DNA of 64,000 nt from a virus. Shown one piece after another: positions 9,917 through 20,732 of this stretch (position 1 is its first letter; the number at the start of each line of letters is the position of its first letter). The notes under the pieces are model-generated. The model saw only the letters and a list, made by a program, of their open reading frames with translations, did no database searches and was not told the origin of the DNA. The DNA lies in IMG/VR virus record IMGVR_UViG_3300033144_003384, positions 1 through 64,000 of that record. One strand, given 5' to 3'. Made by a program: the position numbers and the translations under genes.

Positions 9917-10254
9917 GACGTCCTCCGTGACTCTTTCTCCATGATCTTCTTAATGCGTTCGCCTGCGTCGAGCACGGGAAATACCTTGTCCATTACTTCG
10001 GTTGCTGATCGTTCGTAGTTGGAGTTTTCGTCGGCAACAATGCGTGTGCATACGGAGCCGTCATCGACGTATTCGGTTACTTCTCCGGGGTTGCTTTCCA
10101 ATACGTCGATGCGAACCAGTGGTTCATCATCGGGGTTGGTTTCGTCGTATTCGCCTGACCAGCCTTCGCCGATCCACACGAACTCGACACGAACATCCCC
10201 GCCGTTCGTTTTTTCTCTAACGATTTGCGTTAGTACGGTGTCATTGTCCAACAT
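9913..10254 (-). CDS. Hypothetical phage protein
   Basis: RBS GAAAGGAAGGGA; upstream TTGACT-17-TACAAT promoter. Confidence 0.6.
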   Translation of the reverse strand: MLDNDTVLTQIVREKTNGGDVRVEFVWIGEGWSGEYDETNPDDEPLVRIDVLESNPGEVTEYVDDGSVCTRIVADENSNYERSATEVMDKVFPVLDAGERIKKIMEKESRRTS

Positions 10255-10540
10255 ATTGTCCCTTCCTTTCTTTATCTATTGTAACACGTAAGAGCCTGAA
10301 AGTCAAGCCCTATTTAGATGGTCTTGGACTGCTTCCAGATATCCCGTTGCCGCTGCGTCTGCGTTGTCCAACACCAAGGTGAGCCCAATTGAGGCCAAGG
10401 CGTCGAGGACGTCGGGGCCACTGATCTGCTCCATCTCCAAAATCTCGAAGTTGAAGTAGCTGGCAAATGCTTCTGCGTATTCCTTTGTCCCTAACATGTG
10501 TTCTCCTTTCAAGAAAACAAAGTGGGGGGAACCCCGGCTT

Positions 10541-12088
10541 TCACCGGAGTTCCTTTCCCACTCGGTGGCGATAGGCAGTGCGCCACGCTCTCGGGAAATG
10601 CCGCCTATTACGTCGGCCCTTCCCCAAGTCTTTCAAAACCGTTATCGCCTCATCTGCGTTGGATGCCAACAGTACGTTCTCCCGAAGGACCACCTTGATG
10701 CATTCCATCTGCGCCGATTCGTTCACGTAATAGCCACCCTGCTTATCGTGGGTTAGGCCGTCCGTTATCCAAATGACAGGAACCTTGGACGCTTCTTTAA
10801 GGTCGACAGCATATTGGATTGCTAGACGATCGTTGGCATTCGTCATGCCCCTAAACGACGGCAGGTCGGTGACCATGCGGTTGCCCTTGCCAAGGACGAA
10901 CATGTTGTCATCATTGATCTTGTGTCCATTTTCGCCGTGAGCTATCACGGTTGCGCCCGGTGACGCTTCCAAGATTGCCTTGACCTGATCTGCGGTGATG
11001 TGCATGGAACCCGACACGTCGATGAGGACAACGCCACCTGCGTGCTTGATGTTTCGATCAAACACTCGACGGTGCGGGTCGACCAGTAGTCGCTTGATGC
11101 GTCGGGGATTCTTGCCACGGTTCGTTGCTACACGCCTGCGTGCGATCGCACCAGGAACGTGCCTGTTCAGATCGGTGTCTGCGAATCGTAGCTCTTCCCA
11201 TTTGGATGGAGTCTCGTTCGGTCCGTCACCGTAACGTCCTTTGCGACCTTTACTTTCCCGATCCATTTTGATCTTGGCGATCTGTTCGACGTTCATTTTC
11301 GGTGCAGGCTTGTTGTCCTCTGCAACAGTATCGCCATTGCCCACGACAACGTGAACTACGACGACAGGCTCGGGTTCCCATGGCTGATCGGTGTCATCTT
11401 CTGGCGGTGCGGGAGGATTCGCGATACGGTCAAGGAACTCGGCAATATCTTCTGTGTACGTGTACCCAATCGTTCCGATAGGGTTCTTCTTGGGCCACGG
11501 CTTCGTGGACCGGAAGTCGCCGTTGGAGTTCTTGTCCATTTTGGCAACAGACTTTTGGAGCCTCTTTGCCAATGCCCGCAGGGAGTCGGCCCACTCGGGG
11601 TTTATCCTGCGAACACCGACGATGAACTTGTTGAGGCTTCCGGTGTATAGGCAGGCACCTACGTAGTAGACGCATTCTGCCCAATTTTCGGCCGTTGCAA
11701 GCTGTTCACCTACGGAAGTATCGTTTAGGTCAACGACGTTTTTCATGTTGAATCCTGCTTTGGATGCCAAGTAGTTCACTCGGATTTCCTCAGCCGACTG
11801 CATGCCTTCGTCTGTCGCACGTCCACGTAGCACCCATGGCTCGCGGTCTCCCGTCGATACCTTGGCGTGCATCATTTCGTGTGCCCGTATCGCTCGGGAG
11901 GTATCGTCGTCGCCTAATGGCACGTTCATTTCTCGACGGACAATGGCTGTGAACGGGGAACCCCGTTCTGCCGCGCATGCCGTCACGTCCCATTCGCCGT
12001 TTCCTTCACGGTAGAACTCGTGGTCCTTGTGAAGCTCGACGTCGTCTCGCCTGAGTAGTTCGGGTAGCGGTCTCATTTGTGCAACCAT
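10541..12088 (-). CDS. VWA-domain protein with N-terminal HExxH motif (CobT-like MoxR partner)
   Basis: MIDAS DVSGSM and WITDG; AHEMMH; translationally coupled to the AAA gene. Confidence 0.8.
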   Translation of the reverse strand: MVAQMRPLPELLRRDDVELHKDHEFYREGNGEWDVTACAAERGSPFTAIVRREMNVPLGDDDTSRAIRAHEMMHAKVSTGDREPWVLRGRATDEGMQSAEEIRVNYLASKAGFNMKNVVDLNDTSVGEQLATAENWAECVYYVGACLYTGSLNKFIVGVRRINPEWADSLRALAKRLQKSVAKMDKNSNGDFRSTKPWPKKNPIGTIGYTYTEDIAEFLDRIANPPAPPEDDTDQPWEPEPVVVVHVVVGNGDTVAEDNKPAPKMNVEQIAKIKMDRESKGRKGRYGDGPNETPSKWEELRFADTDLNRHVPGAIARRRVATNRGKNPRRIKRLLVDPHRRVFDRNIKHAGGVVLIDVSGSMHITADQVKAILEASPGATVIAHGENGHKINDDNMFVLGKGNRMVTDLPSFRGMTNANDRLAIQYAVDLKEASKVPVIWITDGLTHDKQGGYYVNESAQMECIKVVLRENVLLASNADEAITVLKDLGKGRRNRRHFPRAWRTAYRHRVGKELR

Positions 12089-12867
12089 CAGTTGACCTGG
12101 TCGACCGTGATTGCGTCCACGAAACCTTGGGCTTCCTTGCCAAGAAGTAGGCGCGATGCCTCTTCAAGGCCGATCTTGTCCATGAGCTTCGCAATATCGT
12201 AGAACTTGCGCAACGAAATGCGCTTGCTGCCTGCGTCTGCCATTTTGTCTGCGTAGTCACGGAACTCGCGGGGGAGTCGCCGTAGCGCGTCCGGATGTGG
12301 ACGGTCGACGCGAACGGTTGCGGGGAATCGGTCGATCAATGCTTCTGGCAAGTCGGCCGGATTTTCGACGTTTGTTGTCATGATCACGGTGAACCCGTCA
12401 CGTGGACGGTGGATGCGACTTGTCTTGGGGTGCTCCCATTGTGCTGACTCTGCTGAGTCGGTCATGGCTAGAAGTAGCGCAAGTACGTCTCCGGATGCGC
12501 GATCAATTTCGTCAATGACGAGACGTCCGCCTGCTAAGCCGTCGCCTTCCCATGCACGTATTGCTGCACCTTCGTGATATGCCCATTCCGCACCTGCTGG
12601 CATGAAGCCACCGATGATATCGAAGTCGGTCATATCTTCTGTGCAGATGAGGCGATGGGCACCGCGGTTGGTGTCGCCCATGTTGAGACCCGCGTGGGTC
12701 TTTCCTGTTCCTGGGGGGCCGTGTAGGATCATTCGATCAATGCCCGCGTTGAGCATTATGTCGACATCTTTCCAACATTGTGGCGCTGTTTCTGAAAGCA
12801 TGTTTTTCCTTTCTGCTTCCTCTTTGCCTATCCCTTTAACCTTACCACAGTCAATATCGTATGTCAA
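12088..12867 (-). CDS. MoxR/CobS-like AAA+ ATPase (AAA_5)
   Basis: Walker A GPPGTGKT, Walker B LVIDEIDRA, TTN sensor, LPEALIDRF. Confidence 0.9.
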   Translation of the reverse strand: MTYDIDCGKVKGIGKEEAERKNMLSETAPQCWKDVDIMLNAGIDRMILHGPPGTGKTHAGLNMGDTNRGAHRLICTEDMTDFDIIGGFMPAGAEWAYHEGAAIRAWEGDGLAGGRLVIDEIDRASGDVLALLLAMTDSAESAQWEHPKTSRIHRPRDGFTVIMTTNVENPADLPEALIDRFPATVRVDRPHPDALRRLPREFRDYADKMADAGSKRISLRKFYDIAKLMDKIGLEEASRLLLGKEAQGFVDAITVDQVN

Positions 12868-13566
12868 GGAATTGTTTCAAAGAGAAGGACCCCCCAACCG
12901 GGAGGCCCTTACTCAACTCGCCTTCGTCCTATTATCGTTGGACCACCAAGTCCGACAAACGATCTGCCTTCACCCATCGCTCTCCGTCTCCCTCCATTGG
13001 GGTCACCAATACGTCGAGGTTGCCGTACCTGTTGCGTACGTCATTGCAGAACACCGTCACCGTCAAGCCTTCGATCGGCAAGCTGGCCGTGTGCCCTACG
13101 TAGTCCCTTCTCACGTCGTCGCTTGGGGGCGGCGGTGCGGGGACAAACTTCTCCTTCTCGTTCTCTGGCATCTGTATCCTTTCTTGTGCTCGGATGCACT
13201 TGACACTATCTAAGATAACAGATATCCCTGTCCTTGTCAAGGGTTAAATTGGAGACTATCCTGTGAAGATGCTTCAGCTCATCAAAGACGCAACCTTCTG
13301 CCCAGCCTGCGGCGCAATAGCCCCGGTTCTGAGGAAGACACGCATTCCGATCCAGACTGCCAGGTGGGTGTGTGGGTCCCGCTGCTACTCGACCAAGTTT
13401 TTCGATCCGGGGCTCAACGAGGAGTTGGATGTCGAAGAGGTGTTGGATGTTGAGGCTCTGGAACAATCCGCCGGGGCTCTCCCGCCCGAACTCCGAAACC
13501 AACTGGACGCAAAGAAAGAGGGCTCCTCGGGGGAACCCTCTCTCGATCTCGATTCGTTGTTGTAGG

Positions 13567-13980
13567 TCAGGCAGCCTTTGCTTCCGTTCGGGCCAAAGCC
13601 TCCTTCAGCGCTTGTAGCTGGACGTCGAACGCCGTTCCCTCGGTGATCAGATTCTCCAATGTCATCACGGAGATGTTGGTGTACTCGTCGCCCTCGAATA
13701 GGTCGCCCCAGATGTTCGATGCGTCCACAGTCTCCATGTCGCCTGCTTCTGCGTAGTCGCCAACGATCACAACCCGATCGCCGTGCCAGCGTCCGGCAAC
13801 GTCGTTCTGTGCGAAGTCGCCACCGCCTCTCGGCTCCGGGCAGACCATCAGCATGAACATTCCCGCTGGCGTGGTGTACGAGTTTGCGGCCTGTTCCCAA
13901 GCCTTCGCACCCGAACCCATGTCCCACGGGGAAATGAACTCCTTCTTGTCTAAATTGACCACTGCGTGGTATTGTCCCAT
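13567..13980 (-). CDS. Conserved phage hypothetical protein
   Basis: MGQYHAVVNLDKKEFI...GRWHGDRVVIVGDY; own promoter and RBS GAAAGGAGG. Confidence 0.7.
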   Translation of the reverse strand: MGQYHAVVNLDKKEFISPWDMGSGAKAWEQAANSYTTPAGMFMLMVCPEPRGGGDFAQNDVAGRWHGDRVVIVGDYAEAGDMETVDASNIWGDLFEGDEYTNISVMTLENLITEGTAFDVQLQALKEALARTEAKAA

Positions 13981-14026
13981 TTGTGGCCTCCTTTCTCTTA
14001 CAGTATACAGTATCGCCTAGCGTTTG

Positions 14027-14161
14027 TCAAGCGATAAAAGAGGAAAGCCCCCGAAGGGGGATAGCTTCGTAGGCGTACTGGGAGCATGACGGTCGAAACC
14101 GACAGTGGCTCCCGATACGGGGGGAGACGATCTTTTGATACTTGCGGATCGACCAGAGCAT
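14027..14161 (-). CDS. yidD: Truncated YidD-like protein (membrane protein insertion efficiency factor), 44 aa
   Basis: [30 protein letters not shown]...G fits the YidD signature; TGATG coupling to upstream gene; lacks the C-terminal RC.P part. Confidence 0.7.
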   Translation of the reverse strand: MLWSIRKYQKIVSPRIGSHCRFRPSCSQYAYEAIPLRGLSSFIA

Positions 14162-14757
14162 CAGTGAACCCTGAAGCCGCCACGCTCGGTAGCAAGAATC
14201 AGCCACTTGATCCACTGACGCCAATGGTCGTTCCAACCATCGGCGTTCTCTTTGTCCATCGGCTCAGGCTTGTAGCCGTATTCCGAACCCACCTTGAACG
14301 GCAACTTGCCTTCGAAGGCGTCGTAGGCGTCCAAAGCAACGTTTATCTCTTCCGGCGTCACCAACCACCCGCTGTTATCACACAGCTTGTAAAGCTGGAT
14401 ACCGCCACCCTCGTAGCTCGCTAACGCCCTCTCTTGCGCTCTGCGGTACTCGGGCTGGTAGTCCTTGTCCTCGTGGTAGCGGTCGAAGTCCATGCTCTCT
14501 GGAGCCTCCGGGAATGCGGAATGGTCGGCCTCGGTGTTCACCATGCCGAACTCGTCCATAACCTCACGGACGATAGCCATACCCCAAATGTTCAATCTGA
14601 AGTACGTGTTGGCTTCCTCTTGCTTGGTGTTGAAGTCCTCCCACAATGCGTGGATTTCCTCCCTGGAAAGCTCTCCGGCCTGTTCCGCCGTCCACCAGAC
14701 GTCCGACGCCTTCTCAGTATCGGGGTCTCCTATTTCGTGGTTCATGTCGTAACCCAT
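14161..14757 (-). CDS. Conserved phage hypothetical protein
   Basis: YFRLNIWGM...[10 protein letters not shown]...GGFRV; RBS GAAAGGAGG. Confidence 0.7.
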   Translation of the reverse strand: MGYDMNHEIGDPDTEKASDVWWTAEQAGELSREEIHALWEDFNTKQEEANTYFRLNIWGMAIVREVMDEFGMVNTEADHSAFPEAPESMDFDRYHEDKDYQPEYRRAQERALASYEGGGIQLYKLCDNSGWLVTPEEINVALDAYDAFEGKLPFKVGSEYGYKPEPMDKENADGWNDHWRQWIKWLILATERGGFRVH

Positions 14758-14863
14758 TTACGACCTCCTTTCATGATTGATCTTATCACATATCTCTAAA
14801 CTTGTCAAGGGTAAAAGGGACAGGGCCCCCCGAAGGGGGCCCATTTATCGGACTGATATAGGA

Positions 14864-15286
14864 TCAGCCAAACTTCACTGTGCCTTCCTGGTTGGCAACC
14901 CTCTCGCCGCCCAGAACCCACCGCCACTGCTCCCCCTCTTCGCCCAACATTTGGACGTAGCCTTGCATGTACGGTGATAGGGCATTCCAAAACTGGTCGT
15001 CGTCGCCAAACTTCTCGCCATTGAAGCAGACTACAGAGTAGCCGCCCCGATCGTTACGTTCAAGCTCATATCGCCAAGCCTCAAACAGTTCCTCGATATC
15101 GTCGGTGTCTACCCAGTTCTCGGCCACCCATGCGAACCAATGCCGCTGTGGCTGATCTTCGCCGTAGTACCCGCCGCCAGATTTGTTCCCGGTCTTGTCA
15201 AGGAGTTTCAGGGCAGCGACAGCGCCCGGAATGTTCTCATCGGCTATGAAAGCCGTGGCCTCCACCATGCTCATGCAATAACCCAT
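14864..15286 (-). CDS. Conserved phage hypothetical protein
   Basis: GEKFGDD...GEEGEQWRW; followed by hairpin terminator. Confidence 0.65.
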   Translation of the reverse strand: MGYCMSMVEATAFIADENIPGAVAALKLLDKTGNKSGGGYYGEDQPQRHWFAWVAENWVDTDDIEELFEAWRYELERNDRGGYSVVCFNGEKFGDDDQFWNALSPYMQGYVQMLGEEGEQWRWVLGGERVANQEGTVKFG

Positions 15287-17171
15287 CAGAATACCAATGA
15301 GCTGACGAACACCGTCAGGGCAGCCACTACGCCCACTATGGGGAGTAGGCAGCCCGGTATGCCGCAGCCAACGAATGGCTCGATGCAGCCGCCGTTCTCT
15401 TCTAGCAGTAGTTGTTCTCTGATTCTCTGCTCTCTGTCCATGTCTTCCTTTCTGTCCATTACATCTTATCATGTGTAGGAGCGGGTGTCAAGCCTTCTCT
15501 GGATAATTGTTCATGCGCTCGGTAATCATCGTGTCGATGATCTCCCAGCCTCGCTCGGTGAGAATGTCTTGGACGCCTTTGTTCCAGTACCATGAATCGA
15601 GGATGTGTGTCTTGATTTCTTCAGACCATTCCGGCCAGCCCTCGTCTTCTTGGTACTGCTCGTAGAGGGATTCCACATCCCCCGGCGAGAAGACCGTGCC
15701 AGCCCCGTCGATTGCACGGATGATCGTATGGAGTTGGTCGTTCAGTGTGTTCATTTCGTTTTCACCTTTCCTTGGGCGATTGCCCGTCTAAGTTGGGGGC
15801 ACCTTCCGACGTGCTGTCCTAGTTGCGCTCCCCTGATTCGTTGCCCGCAGTAGCACTGGAACTCAGCCATCGTATCCGTCCTCCGCTTTGACCTCTTCAC
15901 GCTCGGTGACCATGATGGCCATTGCGTCCTCTGCGTTGATGACCCTGATGGGTTGGCGTGGGTAGTTGTGCCAGTCGGCATCGTTGTCCCAGACCTCCTG
16001 TGTCTCGGCTTCGTAGATGTCACGGAAGTCTTTGCCTTCGTTCTCGGTTGGGAACACGACCACCAGCGGTGCGTCCCCGCTTTGCTCGATGACCACGGCG
16101 TATTTGATGATGGGGATGTATGCCATCAGAATGATCCTTCCGCAATAGCGTTCCTCTTGTCTTTGAGCATTTCCACGAAGTCGTCCCATTCCCAGCCGAT
16201 GCTTTCCATGTGCATATCGTGACCATCGTGGTCAACGAGGTACAGGTCGATGATGACGCCTTCGCCGGTCACGGACATCGTGACGGACTCACCGCTCTCG
16301 ACGTTGTCGTACACATAGGAGATATCGCCGTCGTGATTGACCTCAAGCACCCGTTGCTCTAGGTTCTCTTCTGGTGTCAGTAGCGTTTGCTTCATGGTGT
16401 CCAGTCTCCTGACTTTGCTGCGTCAATCGTGACAATGACATCCTGAGCCTTGCGACGCTCATCGGCGCGGCTCCAATGTGTCTGGGTGTCCACGATCCAT
16501 TGCATCGCTGTCTCGATTGTCTCTAGGTCGTCGGAGTCAAGCCCAACGAATAGGATGTCGCTCATGGTGTCTCCAATACGATTCGGTCGGGGAGGATTAC
16601 TCGCGTGATGATGTTGACGTAGTGCCAACCTAGAAGGACGTCGCCGCCTTCGCCGTTGACGTACTCGCACGTTTCCTCGTCGTGCTGTCCATCGGTGTAC
16701 TCGGGGTCGTCCTCGTCCATGATGCATTCGCAATATCCTTCGTCCATGACGGACACTAGGCGATTGTTCTTACACAGGTCGTTGACTCTTGGGTCGTTGT
16801 GGAAGATTTCGTCGGCGTCGTACGGGTTGAATCCGTGCGTGTCGATAAATGCGTCCACCGTGAGAATATCGTAGGTCATTCTTCCACCCTTATGATTTGC
16901 GTGTCGTATCCCCAATGCTTGTCGCCAATGAAGATGGGGGCGTTGTTCTTGAAGTCGATTTCGGTGACGACCTCTGTTACGATCTGGCCACCGAATAGCG
17001 ACCATGTCACCGTGTCCCCAATTTCGTAGGGGCGTTGCGGTGCGGTGTAGTCGTATTCCCAAGTCGTTTCGTTGAGGGTGTGTCGTTCTGGTGCGTATGG
17101 GTCTTCTGCCATTTCGGCCTCCTTATGCTTATCAGTATATAGGATGGGGGAGGGTATGTCAAGGATTATCT

Positions 17172-17444
17172 TTACTGTTTGTGGCCGCTGACGAATATCG
17201 TAGGTATCGCACGGGACACGGGGTCAACGATCACCACAAGCCTCGTATCTTGACCGTGGTACTTCCATTGATGCGGATGCAGCTTGCTGGCGTAGGTCAT
17301 CGAGGGGTTCCGAAGAGCGTCCCTGATTATCCTTACCGCCTCATCGACGGTCTTAGCAAACCCGCGCTCGGGGTTAAGGGCAGCGTTCAAAGCGTGCCTC
17401 GTAATCCGATAGTTCTCGGGATGCCGAGGGGGGAGGTTGTTCAT
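17172..17444 (-). CDS. DUF4258-like small protein (possible RelE-like RNase fold)
   Basis: ITRHA...ALRNP...LVVIVD...IPTIF. Confidence 0.45.
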   Translation of the reverse strand: MNNLPPRHPENYRITRHALNAALNPERGFAKTVDEAVRIIRDALRNPSMTYASKLHPHQWKYHGQDTRLVVIVDPVSRAIPTIFVSGHKQ

Positions 17445-18353
17445 CCAATTATCCTTTCAGGTATGAAACGATGCGGATAACCACATATGCGATTCCGCAC
17501 CATAGGCCGAGGCCGACAATCACCTGACCGATTAGGTGGTGCCGCGGGATGCCGAGGTGTGATCGTTGTCGGTACTCGTGGCGTCCCGCCATCAGTATCC
17601 GATCCTTTCTCCGAGGTCGAAAACACGTTGCATTAACGCACCCCAACCGCAGTAGTAGTGGGCGGCGGTGAACCGCTTGGTTTTGGGGTAGTAGGTGATG
17701 GTGGCGTACGCTTCGTCGGTACGCATATCGCCCTCACCAGGATTCAGCTCATAGGGCTGGTCGAGGTTGATCCCGCACGAACCGCACGGAATATCGCCCG
17801 CCACGCTCAATGGCATGTGAATCATCAGGGACTTGCGGAACCGCTTGGTTCCCTCCCTGATGGCGTCGAAGCTGTCAGCCTCGTGGTATGCCTTGGCTCC
17901 ATGTTCCCATGGTCGCCGGAAGGCTGGTTTGGAAGTGGTAGTAGTCACTTTGCTCCTTTCAGGCTTGTTGACTTACTCCTTATAGTATGCCATACCCCCG
18001 ACAGCTTGTCAAGAGATATTTCGGATTGTTTTGTTCCGAACATACGTTCGACGAACACCCGTTCGATTACCGTCAGCCAATCACCCGAGGAGAGAACATG
18101 GCCTGCACTTACTGCGGCACAGACTTCGAAGAAGCGGGACTGGAGGAGTGTCCCAACTGCGATCCGCCGGAGGAAGCTCTTCCCCTCGTTGAGCCCCGAA
18201 TTTCTTCAGATTTGGCGGGGCTTGCCAGGTGGACTCGTGGTTGTTGAGCTGGGAACATGGCTCTTCCTCGGGTGGGTGTTTTATAGGGTCAGTAAGTCCC
18301 GGCAGTACAGGTAAACCCCCGCATCACTCGGATACGGGGGTTGCTCCTTCGGC

Positions 18354-18557
18354 TCACTTGATAACGGTGAATCCGTCGATTCCAACCAACATGATGAGGT
18401 TCGATCCGTCATCCCACTTGACTCCCACTTGCTGCGGGTCGCCATATCGGGATTCGGCTCCGACGTAGTTGACTACGCCTTCATCGCCGGATTTCAGGTG
18501 GGTGTAGGCATCGTCCGTGTAGTCCAGACGAACCCTTTGCTCTTTCCTGTAGGTCAT
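18354..18557 (-). CDS. DUF4314 protein
   Basis: RVRL..TDD.Y..L..G.EG.V..V...VKWDDGSNL....G.D.F. Confidence 0.75.
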   Translation of the reverse strand: MTYRKEQRVRLDYTDDAYTHLKSGDEGVVNYVGAESRYGDPQQVGVKWDDGSNLIMLVGIDGFTVIK

Positions 18558-18740
18558 TTATTCTCTCCTTCGCAATAGACGTATGCCCAATTGAAGTCGT
18601 AAAGCTCGTCAATGTCCTGCTGGTCAAGGAGGTCCGACATGGCTTCCTCAACCACGACTGCTGCCTTGTCCGCCCCTTCGTCGCATTCCATAACGACAGT
18701 TACCTTCACCGTCTTCATTTCGCTCTTTGTGGTCCTCATT

Positions 18741-19100
18741 TCACTCCTTGTAGTTGTCGTCGTCGGTGACACCGGAAGCTCCTATGAGGTTCAGGCTGTC
18801 GTATGCGTCGCTCGGGTCGTCGCCCCAAGTCATGCCGCCGGTCAGATAGTACCATCTGCCGTCGAAACGCATCTGCACAACGTCACGCCGATCGCCGGAA
18901 ACGATGTCCCAAGCTTCGACCAAGTATGCCCGTATCTCCGCAATGGCTCCTATGTCCGTGTCTTTGTCCTCCATCACCCACGGTGCGTAATCGTCCACTA
19001 GGTCCAAAAGCTTGTCTGAATCCAACGTGTCGATCCTGTCCGGTACCGTGGATGGGTCTTGGGGGACCGCTGCGGCAACGAGGATTAGGTCAGCGCCCAT
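18741..19100 (-). CDS. Hypothetical phage protein
   Basis: MGADLI...TGGMTWGDDPSD; RBS GGAG. Confidence 0.6.
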   Translation of the reverse strand: MGADLILVAAAVPQDPSTVPDRIDTLDSDKLLDLVDDYAPWVMEDKDTDIGAIAEIRAYLVEAWDIVSGDRRDVVQMRFDGRWYYLTGGMTWGDDPSDAYDSLNLIGASGVTDDDNYKE

Positions 19101-19816
19101 ACTGAATCTCCGCAATGATGTCGCCGTACAGTCGGTTGCTGTCGGCCCACGCCATTTCACCCTTGAAGGTCTTGGCGCGCCGGTATGACTGTCCGGTTGG
19201 GTTGTCGGTGGCGGTGACCTTGTAGGCACCGTTCGTCCATGCCCACGGCTTTCCGTCAGCATCGTTTAGTCCTATCTCTACTAGGTCGGCAACCTGCTCG
19301 GTGATTGTTACGTCACGTTGATCGGCTGCCCACCTATCAGAAACAACGCGCTGCTGTCGTGCAACGCGCCATTCCTGGATTTCGTATTTCGGCATCACTC
19401 TCCTTTGGTAATCCGTATCGCCGTGTATGGCGTGCGGGTGATCGCGGCTTCGACTTCGACTGCATCCTCGTGGATGAGTCCAACCTCTACGGCTGCGTCG
19501 AATGCTTTGTGGTTGACGGCGACCTTTGTCACTCTGTCAAAAACGTCTGCGGTGAGGAACACTCGTAGCCTGTCGGCGTTGATTGTCCGTCGGTCTGCGT
19601 CGATCCTTGTCACCAAGGTTCCGTCGGGAAGCTCTACGGATACGTCTAGCGCCTTGAAGGCGTCCTCGGCGTCCTTGAGCATTTCCTTGACGTTGGCCAA
19701 GGCGGTGCGTGCATCTAGTACACGCTGGGCAGCGACCAAGCCCTCTTGGGCTTCTCGGTCGATGTTTAGGGGTAGTGCCATTGGGTTCTCCTTTTGTTGC
19801 ACTCCTTATGCTTATC

Positions 19817-19897
19817 AGTGTATAAGGTCGGCGCTCTCTTGTCAAGTCATTTATCTGAAAAGAATCACTTGACATACTGTCCCCAATAGTGTATAAT
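19817..19897. promoter_or_regulatory. Back-to-back sigma-A-type promoters
   Basis: Minus TTGACA(19845-40)-17-TACACT; plus TTGACA(19869)-17-TATAAT(19892); ATG 6 nt later at 19904. Confidence 0.85.
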
Positions 19898-19903
19898 AGA
19901 GGT

Positions 19904-20254
19904 ATGAGAACAAGAACAGAAACGCCCCAAATTGGAGCGACCATCAAAGACAAACGGTGGCACTTCATCCCCGAAGGTAAGTGGCTCTGGTCTTACTGCG
20001 GCCTGCGCCTAACCGACGAACCGCACCTAAACAAGCTACTCGACCACCTAGCCCCAAGCTGGGACACCACGATGAACGCTTGTGATGAGTGCCTTCAGGC
20101 TCACAAAGACTGGCTGGAAAGCCCGACCGAATACGAACAAGAGAGAAAGTGGGCGAACAACCATATGGCATCCATCATGGGAACCCCAGCGCCAAGCTTC
20201 GATGACTTCGGGGATTGGCTTCAGTACGACGACGAGGACGAGGAAGCTGCGTGA
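19904..20254 (+). CDS. Hypothetical Zn-binding protein, leaderless
   Basis: H...YCG...CDEC; terminator hairpin follows. Confidence 0.6.
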   Translation: MRTRTETPQIGATIKDKRWHFIPEGKWLWSYCGLRLTDEPHLNKLLDHLAPSWDTTMNACDECLQAHKDWLESPTEYEQERKWANNHMASIMGTPAPSFDDFGDWLQYDDEDEEAA

Positions 20255-20573
20255 CAAAAGGAGATTTGGCCCCCTGCTCCGGCGGGGGGCTTTTCCTGTG
20301 CCGCCGGGACTGTTGGAGTACACTGAAGGCATGAAGTACAAGAAGTGCGACGACTGCACGAGATATGTCCCCGCCTCCCAGGTAGCCCCGATCGGGGCAC
20401 TCCTTCGGTGCGATGAATGCACTGATTTCGAGACGATGACAAGGCTTCTCCCCCGCCAACCGGAGGAAACGTGGGTCGAGATGTGGGACCACGAAAACCC
20501 TTTCAGCCCATACGATGATGGCCGTGGGTATTACGCTCCAGTATATGTGGCGTAGCCGGGGCTAATTGGGCAC

Positions 20574-20605
20574 AAAAGAAAGGCCGCCCGCTAAGGCGAC
20601 CCTTC
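20574..20605 (-). terminator. Intrinsic terminator closing the ncRNA operon
   Basis: Minus GAAGGGTCGCC-TTAGCG-GGCGGCCTTTC followed by TTTT. Confidence 0.7.
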
Positions 20606-20651
20606 TCGTTTTGCTCTGACCCGTTTTGCTCCAGTTGGAGTGGGTACTGGC

Positions 20652-20731
20652 TGGTGGAGCTGGCGGGAATCGAACCCGCTTCCAGACATTTGCACTTCGG
20701 CATTTCAGTCTGTCGAAACCATTACAGCCCC
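20652..20731 (-). ncRNA. ssrA: Mini-tmRNA: tRNA-like domain only, 80 nt, no tag ORF
   Basis: GGGGCTG TAATGGTTTCGA CAGAC [20 nt] GTCTG GAA GCGGG TTCGATT CCCGC CAGCTCC ACCA; G3-U70 pair, tmRNA-type D-loop, P2a, T-arm and encoded CCA. Confidence 0.85.
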
Positions 20732-20732
20732 T

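Noticed and set aside
20652-20731. Ordinary tRNA-Ala, or an attP fragment of host ssrA
   Set aside because: No D-stem or 7-nt anticodon loop. Both 5' and 3' ssrA ends are present and paired, whereas att sites duplicate one end, and no integrase is seen in the window.
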